From the NCBI GenBank assembly GCA_038087875.1, contig JAXLNO010000239.1:124001-188000 (forward strand): a stretch of DNA of 64,000 nucleotides. Direction: 5' to 3'. How positions within the stretch are numbered: the stretch's first letter is position 1; each line of letters starts with the position of its first letter. Positions 25,209 to 37,261 of this stretch are shown here, in pieces. Origin of the DNA: Malacoraja senta (lineage: Eukaryota). The notes below the pieces were generated by a model. That model saw only the letters and a list, made by a program, of their open reading frames with translations. It made no database searches and had not been told where the DNA came from. The position numbers were made by a program, and so were the translations under genes.

Positions 25209-25963
25209 ACACAGATGGGTGTCATAGACGAGATGATCCAGGCTGAGAAAGCAAGTTAGCTGAAGGTGGAGATTTTGACCTTGAGCCCAGGAAGCGGCCA
25301 ATTGTCCAGATGGAGGATGAAATGCTGTTTCTCACAGTGAATCGTGGCACATACATCATCCTACCTGATTCTTTTCTGCACTCCACTAATTTCATTGGGA
25401 GTGCAAATCAAACCATTGGTTGTATAGGTCATGACAGTTTTTACAATTTCTATCTTCTGTAATCTGATGACTGTGTTGATAAACGTATTGTGTGGCTGCT
25501 TAGGTGGTGGGAATTTTTGCTTGAGCAATTTTATAAGAGCCAGAGTAACAGACTTCCAATTAGTAGTTCTGGCTGAAAATAGATAGTCCAAAATTAATAT
25601 TGCCTTTAGGGTCCTAATGTTAAATTTCCAGGTGTTGACTGGTTTTCTGTTTTATTACATTTTGCTGATGTATGCATGAACTGCTGAGAATTTTTGATGC
25701 CTATTAGATCTGAATGGTGTGCATAATTTAGTTTTGTTTATTGTCACGTGTAACAAGGTACTGAAAAGTTTTTTTGGTGCATGCTATCCACTCATCAGGC
25801 AGTGAAGGAAGCTTGCAGGTAGATAATCTAAGCTTCCACTTCTGGTTTCAGCACCCCAGTACAAGCATATGACCAACAAAGTACTGGGCCAGGCAGCACC
25901 CTGTTCTGGAGCCCAAGAGGCAATAAGAGGAGTAAGAGATAGAAGTAAACCTCACGATAACCT

Positions 25964-26195
25964 AAAAGGACACAAAGTGCTGGAGTAACTCAGCAGGTCA
26001 GGCAGCATCTCTGGAGAACATGGATAAGTGACGTTTTAGATCAAGACCTTTCCTCAAATCAGAGTCTGAGGAAGGATCCTGACCTGAAATGTTGCCAATC
26101 CATGTTCTCCAGAGATGCTGCCTGATCTGTTGAGTTACTCCAGCACCTTGTGTCCATTTGTGTCCATTAGCCAGCATCTGCAGTTCCTTGTTTCT
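25964..26195. mobile_element. Palindromic Penelope-derived mini-element
   Basis: Inverted arms around CTGAGGAAGGATCCTGACCTGAAAT; imperfect 15-bp TSD AC(C/T)TCA(C/T)GATAACCT at 25949-25963 and 26196-26210. Confidence 0.78.
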
Positions 26196-28254
26196 ACTTC
26201 ATGATAACCTCCTCCATTATTGCTCCTAGGTGGACAGTCATGACCAATATGATCTATGGTTACTGCCAATAATAAACATTGGCTATTGAACCCACACCAT
26301 GCCCGGTTAATGCCAGTCTCTGCCAACAGAAATAAAGTGTACTTGATTCTTTGGGTCTGAAATATTTGCTTCTGATGGATGGCTTGACCTTTGTATCTAT
26401 GCTGTATATAGTTGTTTTTTAAAATAGAATTTAGACATCTACAGAATGGTTCTATGTAATTTAACATGGTGTATTGTTTTCATAGAAATGTTTAAATAAA
26501 ATAATTTTATTGCAAATGAAGTATGTTGTATTCATTAAATGTGCAGTTTTTGTTGGACGGGTGCACCATAGCTTTACTGCTGTCACAGTATCCAGTGCTT
26601 ATCCATTCAGGTGCTGAAGCTGAATTCAGCATGGCTGGCTTTACAGAAACTTGGCAAGGTTCCCAGAATGTGCAGTCGCTAAGGAATGAACAGTTAGTTT
26701 GTATGTTCACCTGTGGCTTACTTGCAGCTACCAATCGTGTAGAAAAATGATCACTACGATATCACATGATCTTAGGCCACTTCACCACTGCAGTTGTACA
26801 TATCCATTCAAAATTGATGAAAAGAAAATTCCTCTTCCAGGCACCATTTCTCACCACAGAGCACTGACATGCATTCTAGTGATATGATTTTGCTGAGACT
26901 GCTGTTAAACATAATTTTGGTAAGCACGCAAGAATACTTATTTTCCTATGTGTTCTATTTATCCCATTTATTCATGAGAAGGCGTTTGCTGCTTCTGTTG
27001 GTGAACTGATCTTTAATTTACTTTGACTAGTGTAAATACTTCAGTAAAGGATAGCAATTGACAAACTGTTGATTGAATTGGTCACAGGGGAAACGTGAAC
27101 CATTTCTATCAGTGGAACTTCATTTTCCAGTGCTTGCTATAAATTTAGTCATACAGCATGGAAATAGGCCCTTCGGCCCATCTAAGCTGGTCTCATTTGT
27201 CTGCATATGGCACATATCTCTCTCTCAACATTTCCTTTTTATATACCTGCCCAGGTGTCTTTTAAATGCTGTTATAGTATCTGCCCCAAATACCTCCACT
27301 GACAGCTCATTTCATATACTCACCACCCTCTAAGTGAAAAAGTTGCCCCTCAGGTTTGTATTAACTCTTGCCCCTCTCACCTTAAACATATTTCATCTTG
27401 TTTTTGATTCTCCGACTCTGGGTTAAAGGGTCGGCCTCCTGCACTCCAAGTCTTAGCCTATAGCTCATCCCCTCAAGTCCTGACAACACCCTTGCAAATA
27501 TTTTCTGCACTCTTTCCATCTTAATGACAGGGTGACCAAAACTGAATACTGTGTGCTCCAAATGTGGCCACACCAAGGTCTTGCACAACTGTAACATAAC
27601 ATCCCAGCTTCTATACTCAATGCCCTGACCGATGAAGGCAAATTTACCAAAAGCCTTCTTGACCACTCTATCTACCTGTGGTGCCACTTTCAGGGAACTA
27701 TGTACCTGTATCCTGGATCAATTTGCTCTACAACACTCCCCAGGGCCTTATCATTCACTGTGCAAGTCATGCCCTAGTTTGTCTTCACAAAATGCAACAT
27801 CTCGCACTTAAACTAGATTCCTCAGCCCACTTGCCCAGCTGATCAAGGGACTGCTACAATTTTTGATAACCATCTTCACTACAATACCACACATTTAGTA
27901 TCATCTGCAAACTTATTAATCATGCATTGTACATTCTCATCCGAATCGTTCATATGAAAAAAACAAGCAGAAATGGGCCTAGCACTGATCTCTGAGGCAG
28001 CACACCACCCATCATAGGTCTAAAAACATCCCTTGCATTACTACCCTCTGTGTGTTTCCATAAAGCCAATTCTGTATCCAGTTACCTAACTCTCCCTGGA
28101 TCATATGTGATCTAGCATTCCAGAGCAAATTACTATGTGAAACCTTAATCAAAGGCCTTGCTCAAGTCCATATAGACAACTTCTGTAGCTTTGTCCCCGT
28201 CAACCTTTTTGGTTTCTTCTTCAAAAAACTCACTAAAATTTGTAAGAAATGATA

Positions 28255-28458
28255 GACACAAAAAGCTAGAGTAACTCAGCGGGTCAGACAGCATCTCTGG
28301 AGCAAAAGAAAAGGTGACATTTCGGGTCGAGATCCTTCTTCGGACTCTTGATCCAAAATGTCACCGATTCCTTTTCTCCAGTGTCTGACCCACTGAGTTA
28401 CTTGAGCTTCTTGTGTCTATCCGGTTTAAATCAGCATCTGCAGTTCCTTCCTACACAT
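28255..28458. mobile_element. Palindromic Penelope-derived mini-element nested in CR1
   Basis: Inverted arms; 16-bp TSD TTTGTAAGAAA(T/A)GATA at 28239-28254 and 28459-28474. Confidence 0.8.
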
Positions 28459-28597
28459 TTTGTAAGAAAAGATAACCCATGTACAAAACTGTGCTGACTA
28501 TCCCTAATCAGCCCCTATCAGTCCAAATGTAAATACATCTTATCCCTCAGAATCCTCTTCAGTAACTTACATATCACTGATATTAAGCTCACTGGTC

Positions 28598-28651
28598 GGG
28601 GTGGAAGATTGCATCCTTCACGTGGTCCGCCCTATTTCGACGAATGCAATC
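28598..28651 (+). ncRNA. Minimal HDV-like ribozyme motif, copy 1
   Basis: P1 GGGGUGG/CCGCCCU with G1-U wobble; P2 GAUUGCA/UGCAAUC; P3 UCC/GGU with L3 UUCACGU; tiny P4 U-UUCG-A; J4/2 CGAA. Confidence 0.8.
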
Positions 28652-28744
28652 AACCCGGCGTGCACAATCAAATAAGATCAAATAGAACAAGTTGTCCTCC
28701 AACTTTAGGCTGTGCACGCCATACGCAAGAAGAAGAAGAAGTAG
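28598..28744 (+). mobile_element. Short non-coding retroelement, copy 1 (HDV-like ribozyme head, (AAG)n tail)
   Basis: 13-bp perfect TSD AAGCTCACTGGTC at 28585-28597 and 28745-28757; homologous to 36859-37000. Confidence 0.9.
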
Positions 28745-29214
28745 AAGCTCACTGGTCAAAAGTTCCCCTGCTATTCCTGTGTCTAACAAAGTCCCACAGC
28801 ATGCTCAGATATATGTGATCAGGCCTGGGAGATATATTTACCTTCAGACACCCTAGGGAGTCCAGTACCTCCTTGGCCATAATACAAACTGTCCTCAAGA
28901 CATTTCCATTATGGAATTTGCTTTTATACGCACCTCATTGTGAGCAACTGTGATATTCTGCAGACTTGAAGTAATCAGAATCAAATCAAATTCACCTCAG
29001 TTTGGTTTTCTCAGTGGCACACTTTCAATTTTATTCTTCATCAAAAGCAGTTGATAGTGAATTTCTTTCTCAGTGAAGTCATTCCACATTTCCAAATTAT
29101 CCCATGTTGGGGCCCATGGACTGTAACATTAAAGAAGAAGGTCCATACCATAAAAGGCAGTGAAGGAAAGCAAAAAATATCAGATTGGCTAGTGTTGAAG
29201 CAATCACACGGATT

Positions 29215-29570
29215 CATAAGAACACAAGATCATAAGTGATAGCAGCAGAATTAGGCCATTTGGCCCATCAAGTCTACTCCGCCATTCCATCATGGTTGAA
29301 TAATCTCTCCCTCCTGACCCCATTCTCCTGCCTTTTCCCAATACCCTCTAACAACTGTACTAATCATGAATCTATCTATCTCTGCCTTAAATATATCAAC
29401 TGACAGCCTCCACAGCCTTCTGTGGCAAAGAATTCCACAGATTCACCACCCTCTGACTAAAGAAATTTCTCCTCATCTCCTTCCTAAAAGAATGTCCTTT
29501 AATTCTGAGGCATATCATTGCTCATTCTTCTAAACTCCAGCGAGTATTGGCCCAGTGCCGTCAAAAGCTC
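29215..29570 (-). mobile_element. CR1 3' end
   Basis: Matches the CR1 3' UTR copies at ~49945-50230 and ~52620-52800. Confidence 0.8.
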
Positions 29571-30472
29571 ATCATATGTAAAATTCAATCATATGTTTAA
29601 CTGATTATTGACGGTGTATAAACTTGCCTTGATAGCGAGGAGCAAGTGTGGCGCTTCCTACTGTACCAATCCACAACCATCCCTGTTTTCCAGCCAGACC
29701 ACTGGATGACAAGCAGGCTGCTGGGACAAAGGGCTTATCTCATTAGCAGCTAGAAAGTAATCCCATCAGGCAACTAGAGCAGATATATGCATGGGCAACT
29801 AACAAGTATCCTGATTGATTAATTGTGTCAGGAATACTAATGGGGTATTAGATGATGTGATTGTAGATGCACTTGGATTACAGTTTAGATTGGAAACAAA
29901 CTTTAAACTAATTTAAACCTAATCTTAAAGTTCAACGACTCTGCTTGAATCAAAGTTGCTTAATTTAACAAATTTCATTATTTTTCTAGGTTGCAAAACA
30001 ACTCTGCTTTACTGTAGTATCCTTTATTATTGAATGCGTACAGAACATTCCTCTGGTAAAGACTCCAAATTAAATAGCTAACTTAAAGAAGAATGAACAA
30101 GCCTCAATTCAAATCTCTGCCAGCACAACCTGAACTGCTCCCAATTCTTTTAACTTAACCTTGCTTTGTTGTTATTCAGCAGTACAGGTTGTAACATGCC
30201 CTTTTGTTCTTTTGTTACAACCAAAATGAAAAGTTTAAAAATCGCAATGCTTGGAGAATTGATTAGTGGCATAAAATAATGTTTTTCCGTTGTGGGTAGT
30301 TAAAAAAGAGATTGAGACACCTCAGAAAATTTGGTACTATACCATGCCAATCAATGTAGAGCATCAAGCAACACAGCCATTGATGAATCAAATAGTGGAG
30401 CTGGCAAAATCTTTAAAAGGTCATGCACAAACTGTACAGTGATCCAACCAGACAACAACTTGTGTATGCTGT

Positions 30473-30682
30473 AGGAAGGACCTGCAATGCTGGTTTAAAC
30501 CGAAGATAAACACAAAAAGCTGGAGTAACTTAGTGGGACAGGTAGCATCTCTGGAGAGAAGGAATGGGTGACGTTTCGGGTCGAGACCTCGTCTGAAGAA
30601 GGGGCTTGACCCGAAACCTCACCCATTCCTTCTCTTCAGAGAATCTGCCTGTCCCGCTGAGTTACTCCAGCTTTTTCTGTCT
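30473..30682. mobile_element. Palindromic Penelope-derived mini-element
   Basis: Inverted arms; perfect 16-bp TSD AACTTGTGTATGCTGT at 30457-30472 and 30683-30698. Confidence 0.88.
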
Positions 30683-33364
30683 AACTTGTGTATGCTGTTG
30701 AATTCTGATCACTGACAATTATTTAAATTATTTGCCAGCAAGTCTTAATAGAATTCATCTTTGTGGGACTTGGAGTTGACCCCAAATAAATATTATGATC
30801 AGTCTGACCCAGGCCCAGTGCCTACCACGAGCCATGCCCCCTCTCGTGTACAGTCAGCTAGTTTAGCAGCTGTGCCGGCTAGGATTCTCCCTCTTCTTGG
30901 CCATCCAGGGGCATACACTGTACGGCTCATCCAGGATGAGATTCTCACAGCTAAAGAGGCCTCTCAGCTGCCTCAGTGGGCAGGTGACCACAGTACTCAG
31001 CCTAAAACAAACATGTATCACGTGTCACAAATGATTCTTCCTGCTTGTCGTACCTAATATCACTGTAGGTCCACTGCTGAGCTTTTTTTTGTTGTTTCTA
31101 AAGTAACTTGTGACCCTGTTAGTGCCAGAAGGCACAAATTTGCATATTTGAAAAGGGCTTCCTGCTGCTGCAGTTTGGTACCTTCCCAAGGCATGGCACG
31201 ATCAAATGATAGTTGCACAGGAGTGCAATTTTCAGTCCACTGTTGCTTGGATTAATTTGTTTTTCCTAGTGGACTAATGATGCTATGCAGTTATTTCTTT
31301 TGTAAATGGTAGGTTCAAGTGAGTTTATTGTCATGTGTCCCTGATAGGACAATGAAATTCTTGCTTTGCTTCAGCACAACAGAACATAGTAGGCATTGAC
31401 TACAAAACAGATCAGTGTGTCCATATACCATTATATATAAATATATATGAAGAATGATATATCTTCTGAAGGAAGCTTTACTTGAAGGGGAAACATTCCT
31501 TCCTTGGGAGTCTCATTTCTAAGTGTGATTGAATAATTGTAGCTCACAATCAGGAATAAATGTAGCTCACAACATATTTCAACAAATCTGACCAATACAG
31601 CATTGCACCACCGAATGCATAGAACAATGCATGCTGAACATGATGCCAAGTTAAACTGATCTCCTCTGCCTACACATGATCCATATCCCTCCATTCTCTG
31701 CATGTCCATGTGCCTGTTTAAAAGCCTCTTAAATGCCACTATCGTGTCTGTCTCCACCACCACCTGTGGTAGCACATTTCAGGCACCCATCACTTTCTGC
31801 ATAAAAGAAACTTGCCCCACACATCTCTTTTAAACTCTGCCACTCTCACAGGGAGAACATGCAAACTCCACATAGACAACACCCAAGGTCAGGATCGAAC
31901 ATGGGTGTTTTGGCGCTATGAGGCATCCGCTCTGCCCGCTGCGCCACTGTGACACCCAGGTCAAACAGAATAGTGGGACAGTTATGATCTGAGACTCTGA
32001 CCCTTTTGAGCACAGGCTAATTTCAATATTTAACATTAAATGATTGTGCAACCTGAAAGCTAAACATGTATAAAATCAACAAAAAAAGATTCTGTTATAA
32101 ATGGTCCCACATTGCGATGATCAACTGGATATTGTGAAACAGGGAGCTTTGTTTTCAGTTATGATTTATTAGTTTACTGCTTTTCACTGTGGCAGTTTCT
32201 GGTTTGTGGTTTTACAAGCATTACACCCCCAGTTCAGGCCAAGGAGAAAAGCAAGAGAGGCTGACCATAACATGGAACAGAGACTGTTTACTACTTCCTA
32301 CTGTGGTTAAGGCTTTGGAAAAGAGGGAACTAAAATGCACTGGCTTGTTACGTTTAGAAACAGAACTCAGTTTATGCAGTTGCATTATAACTAAGGTTGC
32401 CAATTTTATCCTGCAAGTGGAATTAAAGGGAATACAGTTCAAAATGAAAACATAAACAATAATTTAAAGGTTTTCAAAATAAATGAGCTCACGTCCCTGT
32501 AATATTTAATTTGTTCACAAATCTAGATATCATTTTAATAAATGCTGAACTCTCTTTGTAATTATTTTTACTGGTGAATGGGAAGCAGGCCCTACAGTGG
32601 AATTATTTGTCATTAAATGGCAGTTTGTGAACCAGTCTTGATCTTGCGAATGGTCTTGTTGGCATATTTGCTTTTTCCAGAAATGGACAGTTTAGATAAC
32701 TCAAACCGTTGGACCATAGCATACAACAGACCATGTTGGAATAACCATCAACAGGTTTGAGACCAAGACACTTGGCCATTTAGTCACATAGGATGCTCAG
32801 CAGCAAATGCTATTGCTCTGCTATAGACTGTTTGGGAGTTGGCTTTGGACATTGCTATTTTCATCATCAACATTCCTTATTGAATAACAAGTTATATAGG
32901 TATATAAATCATAAAAGTGGGATGGTGGGAGGGCCTATTGGGAGCAAATATGGGAAGTTAAATGTGTGTACCGAGGGTACTGGTAAGGTACCAAATGTGA
33001 AATGTGCACCAATCTTCACCAGGGAAGATAGAACTTCCAAAGTAATAGTAAAGGAGAAGATACAGGATATGCTAAAAAAAATGATACAACATAGAACAGT
33101 ACGACACAGGAACAGGCCCTTCAGTCCATAATGTCCAAGCTGAACATAATATCAAGTTCAACTGATCTCCTTTGCCTGAACATGATCCAAATTCTTCCAT
33201 TTCCTGCATATCCAAAAGTTGCTAGGGTATATTGGATGCTTCCTAGGATTCTGAGAGAAGTATGGGACAAAATCATGGGAAACTCACAATAATCTGATTC
33301 TTTTTTACATATGGAAGTGTCAGAGAACTGCAGAGTAACAAATGTTATTTCCTTCTTCACAAAG

Positions 33365-33685
33365 GGCAGCACTATGGCGCAGCAGTAGATATGCTACCTT
33401 ACAGTGCCAAGGACCCGGATTCGATCCTGACTCCGGGTGCTGTCTGTAAGGAGCTTGTACGTTCTCCCCATGACTGCGTAGGTTTTCTCCGGGTGAGCTG
33501 GTTTCCTCCCACATTCCAGAGATGTGCAGCTTTGTAGATTAATTGGCTTCTGTAAATTGTCCCTAGTGTGTAGATTAGAACTAGTGTACGGATCATCGTT
33601 GGTCATTGTGGACTCAATAGGTCGAAGAGCCTGTTTCCATGCTGTATCTCTAAACTAAACTAAACTAAACTAAACTAAACTAAAC
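33365..33685 (+). mobile_element. HE1-type SINE inserted in an old CR1 (~32990-34870)
   Basis: Full head and core plus about 7 TAAAC tail units; CR1 RT remnants on both sides. Confidence 0.88.
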
Positions 33686-34187
33686 CAAGGGATGAGAATA
33701 TTCTCAGCACTGCAGACAATTCAGCCTAACCTTGGTGGGTGTTGAGGCAAGATCAATATGTGGGACAAATGGACGTGGGATGTGAGGCATTTGGGCAACT
33801 TGGATCAATTAAGGCAGGTCAGCATGGATTTGTGAAGTGCCCCTCAAATTTCAACGTTCCAGAGAAAACAATTCAAGATTGTCTAACTTCTTCTTATAGC
33901 TAATACCCTCTAATCCAGGCAGAAAATTAACTAATTTGTTAGGATTTTTTGATTATATAATAGACAGAGTTTATGAGGTTGATGTGGTGTACCTGCACTT
34001 CTTGAAGGCTTTTGACAAGATGATACAATCTCAAGGCCTATCAGCAAAGTTTAAGCGCCTGGCATATTAGAGATACTGTTAGCATGGAGATGAACTTGGC
34101 TAAATTACAGACAACAGAGGGTGATGGTGAATGGTTACTTTTCAGGCTGTAGAATGGTGAATACTGCAATTCCCCAGGATTTGGCAT

Positions 34188-34250
34188 GGGGGGGGGGGTG
34201 AGGGGGCAGGGGGGGGGGGGGGTGAGGGGGCGGGGGGGGGGGGGGGGGGG
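34188..34250 (+). repeat. Poly-G tract
   Basis: Interrupted G runs, with (G)nTGAGGGG(G)C occurring twice. Confidence 0.9.
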
Positions 34251-34899
34251 AAGGGTGGTGTCATCACTTTTTTATCTATATTAATGACCTAAACGAGGAT
34301 GCAAGTTACAATTTCTAGATTTAGATCAGCCATGATTGAATGGCGGAGTAGACTTGATGGGCTAAATGGCCTAATTCTACTCCTATCACATGACCTTCTG
34401 ACACTTTGTCAATAGAGGCACAATGTATAAAAGATGGGAAGCCATGCCAAGCCTTTATAAAACAGCAATCCTACATCAGCTGGAGTATTGTGTGAAATTC
34501 TGGTTTTTATGCCAAAGGAAGAATGTGAAGGCATTAGAAAGGTTCCAGAAAAATAGTATGAGAATGAGTCCTGCATTGAGTAACTGCAGAAGTACAGGCA
34601 TAAGGTTAGGTTTGAGTGGGTGGGATAATTTTCTTTGGGGAAGAGAAAGCTGAGAGAGATTCGATAAATGAGGGATATGGACAGAGTGGACAGTGGGAGG
34701 CTGTTCCCCTTGGTGGAGGGATGCAGGACTAGTGGTCACGCATATTAAACAAAGGGGAAGAAAATATTTTTACACCGTCTATGGTTGGGATGTGGACAGC
34801 ACAGCCTGCAGATGCGGTGGAGACAGATTCCTTTGTGGCCTTTGAGATGGAAATGGATAAAGATATGATAAACAAAAATATACAAAACTGCAGAGACTT

Positions 34900-35210
34900 G
34901 AGACTTTAGACTTTAGAGGGACAGCGTGGAAACAGGCCCTTTGACCCACTGAGTCCATGCCGACCAGCGATCACCCCGTACGCTAACACAATCCTACACA
35001 TTAGGGACAATTTACAATTTTTACAAAACCAATAAGCCTACAAACCTGCACGTCTTTGGAGTGTGAGAGGAAACCGGAGCACTCAGAGAAAACCCACGCA
35101 GTCACATGGAGAACGTACAAACTCCATACAGTCGGCACCTGTGGTCAGGATCAAATCCGGGTCTCTGGAACTGTAAGGCAGCAACTCTACCACTGCACCA
35201 CTGTGCCACC
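34900..35210 (-). mobile_element. HE1-type SINE
   Basis: Family core; flanking direct repeat CAAAACTGCAGAGA. Confidence 0.85.
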
Positions 35211-36184
35211 CAAAAGAGATTTAGGAAAATTTGCAAAACTGCAGAGAACTTATAGAGCTGACACAGACTGATGGGCTGCATGGCCTCTTCCTATGCCATA
35301 GCCACTCTCTAATTCTCAGATGAACAGACACTTATGCAGCTTCACAAAGTCCTGTTTTGCTTACGACTGTGTTCACATCTGTTCAGCTCTTGTGACTCAT
35401 TTTCATCGCTTAGTGTTTCAGGTATGTAAAGAAAGGGCCTATGGTAAGGATATAGAACATCAACGTGTAAACCTCAAGGGGCTGAATTTAGATAGATTTC
35501 TGCACATTTTCAATTATTAGTTTGAAAACAAAGTTAACATAAATCTTATATTGCATTCCCAAGCACAGAAATTGTGTCTAAATTACAGTTTTGACACGAC
35601 TTATTTCAAATAGTGTGATTATATTAATCCAATAATTCTTAGAAAACAAAATATGAGGGAGCTCGATAAGCTTTTTGCAAGTCCCAGCACTTTTCACAGC
35701 TGATTTGTCATCTTACACACTGGAGCATGACCAGGATAATGAGATACTTGCCAAGACATTCTTTCGTGGAAATCGGTAAAATAATTTATTTTTTTCTTGC
35801 TGCAAACCTCCTTTTTGTTGTAACAATATGAATTAAATGATCCAACAGCTTGCTCTGTGAAATTATTATTTATCTGCAGTTAAGCACAAAGATAAACAAG
35901 CCAAATATCACCAAACATAAAAAAGGATCAGTTTCAATGTTGTGTTATATAATCTGGCTGCAAAGCATAAATCCTTTGAATTAAATAATAAAATAAATTC
36001 ACTAAAATTTAACTTTAGTGCTTTCGTTGCCTTAAATTTACTTCAGTGAATCCATAAATGTTCTATGGTTTAAAAGTTATGCATTCCATAGAGTGGTGAT
36101 GTGTAGGTAACCTATATCTGCCTGTTGATGTGTGGCTTCTTCTCACGCACTTCATGCCAAAATATAATTGAGAACAAGATTTCG

Positions 36185-36470
36185 GAGGCACAATGGTGCA
36201 GCTGGTAAAACTACTTCCTCACCTCACCAGAGACCCGGGTTCGATCCTGGCCACCTTCCTGACCTCGTAGGTTTCCTCTGGGTGCTCCGGTTTGCATCCA
36301 CATCTAAAAGACGTGCAGGTTTGTAGGTTGTTTGGCCGCTGTAAATTGCCCCTCATGTGTGAAGAATGGATGCGAGGGTGGGATAACATAGAACTAGTGT
36401 GAACAGGTGATCAATGGTTAGTGTGTACTTGGTGCGCTGAAGGGCCTGTTTCTATCCTGTATCTCTAAAT
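36185..36470 (+). mobile_element. HE1-type SINE, older copy
   Basis: tRNA-like head (GGGTTCGATCC), degenerate core and CR1-like tail. Confidence 0.75.
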
Positions 36471-36858
36471 GAAACAAAGTACGAATCACCAGCTTTTCTC
36501 TTATGTAGTTTGTTCAGTGCTATGGGATGGCTGCAGAATGGAAATCTCAAGGCTGTAGAGATGGGAACAGGTGCAAACAGTACTCTGACTTTGGGCTAGC
36601 TCGGGCTGTGGGTGAGCTGCACCCAGCCTCATATGACCCAGCGTTAAACTATTAACATCTGAATGCTTATGGTTATGATTATGAAGCATTCCAATTAACA
36701 TTTGCATAATGATGTTTTTGTTTTCATGTTATTCATTTGAACATTTGCATTTTACTTTTAAATCATGTGAAGCTGATGACTCATTTCTTTGCTCCCACTT
36801 CTATGTGCTGGAGGGACCATTGAGATGGTTAGTATTGGATAAAGGACAGGGAGACAGT

Positions 36859-36912
36859 GGGGTGGGAGATTGCAACGTTCACGTGGTCCACCCTGTTTCG
36901 ACTAATGCAATC
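36859..36912 (+). ncRNA. Minimal HDV-like ribozyme motif, copy 2
   Basis: P1 GGGGUGG/CCACCCU; P2 GAUUGCA/UGCAAUC; P3 ACG/GGU; L3 UUCACGU; P1.1 G present; P4 U-UUCG-A; J4/2 CUAA. Confidence 0.8.
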
Positions 36913-37000
36913 AGCCCGTCGTGCACAAACAAATAGATATCGTTTTTCATGCCACTTGATCAACAACTTTAGGCTGTGCACGCCATACACAAGAAGAAGA
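36859..37000 (+). mobile_element. Short non-coding retroelement, copy 2 (HDV-like ribozyme head, (AAG)n tail)
   Basis: 11-bp perfect TSD AGGGAGACAGT at 36848-36858 and 37001-37011; same 5' end as copy 1. Confidence 0.9.
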
Positions 37001-37261
37001 AGGGAGACAGTCAATCCATGTCAAGTTTGTTGTCATATGCACAGGTGTGGTGCTGTAAAGAAAATGTTGTGAGCAGTGATATCACAGGCACATAGACACA
37101 GACAGCACACAAAACATAAATTGCACATAAATTTGACAAAACAGTGAAAAGAAAGACTGTACAAAAGACATTAGTGCAAATACAATTGAAAACGTTCATG
37201 ACAGTATTCGTTTTAAAGAGGTGGTGCTTAGTGTACTGTTGCCCAAGTTGGATTAGGGTTG

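Larger units (their letters stand above)
27145..28900 (-). mobile_element. CR1 LINE hosting two nested insertions
   Basis: ORF APQVDRVVKKAFGKFAFIGQGIEYRSWDVMLQL...; RT remnants continue on both sides of the inserts. Confidence 0.85.

Noticed and set aside
34188..34250. Poly-G tract as a functional G-quadruplex
   Set aside because: Lies inside a decayed CR1, and homopolymer lengths are unreliable in assemblies
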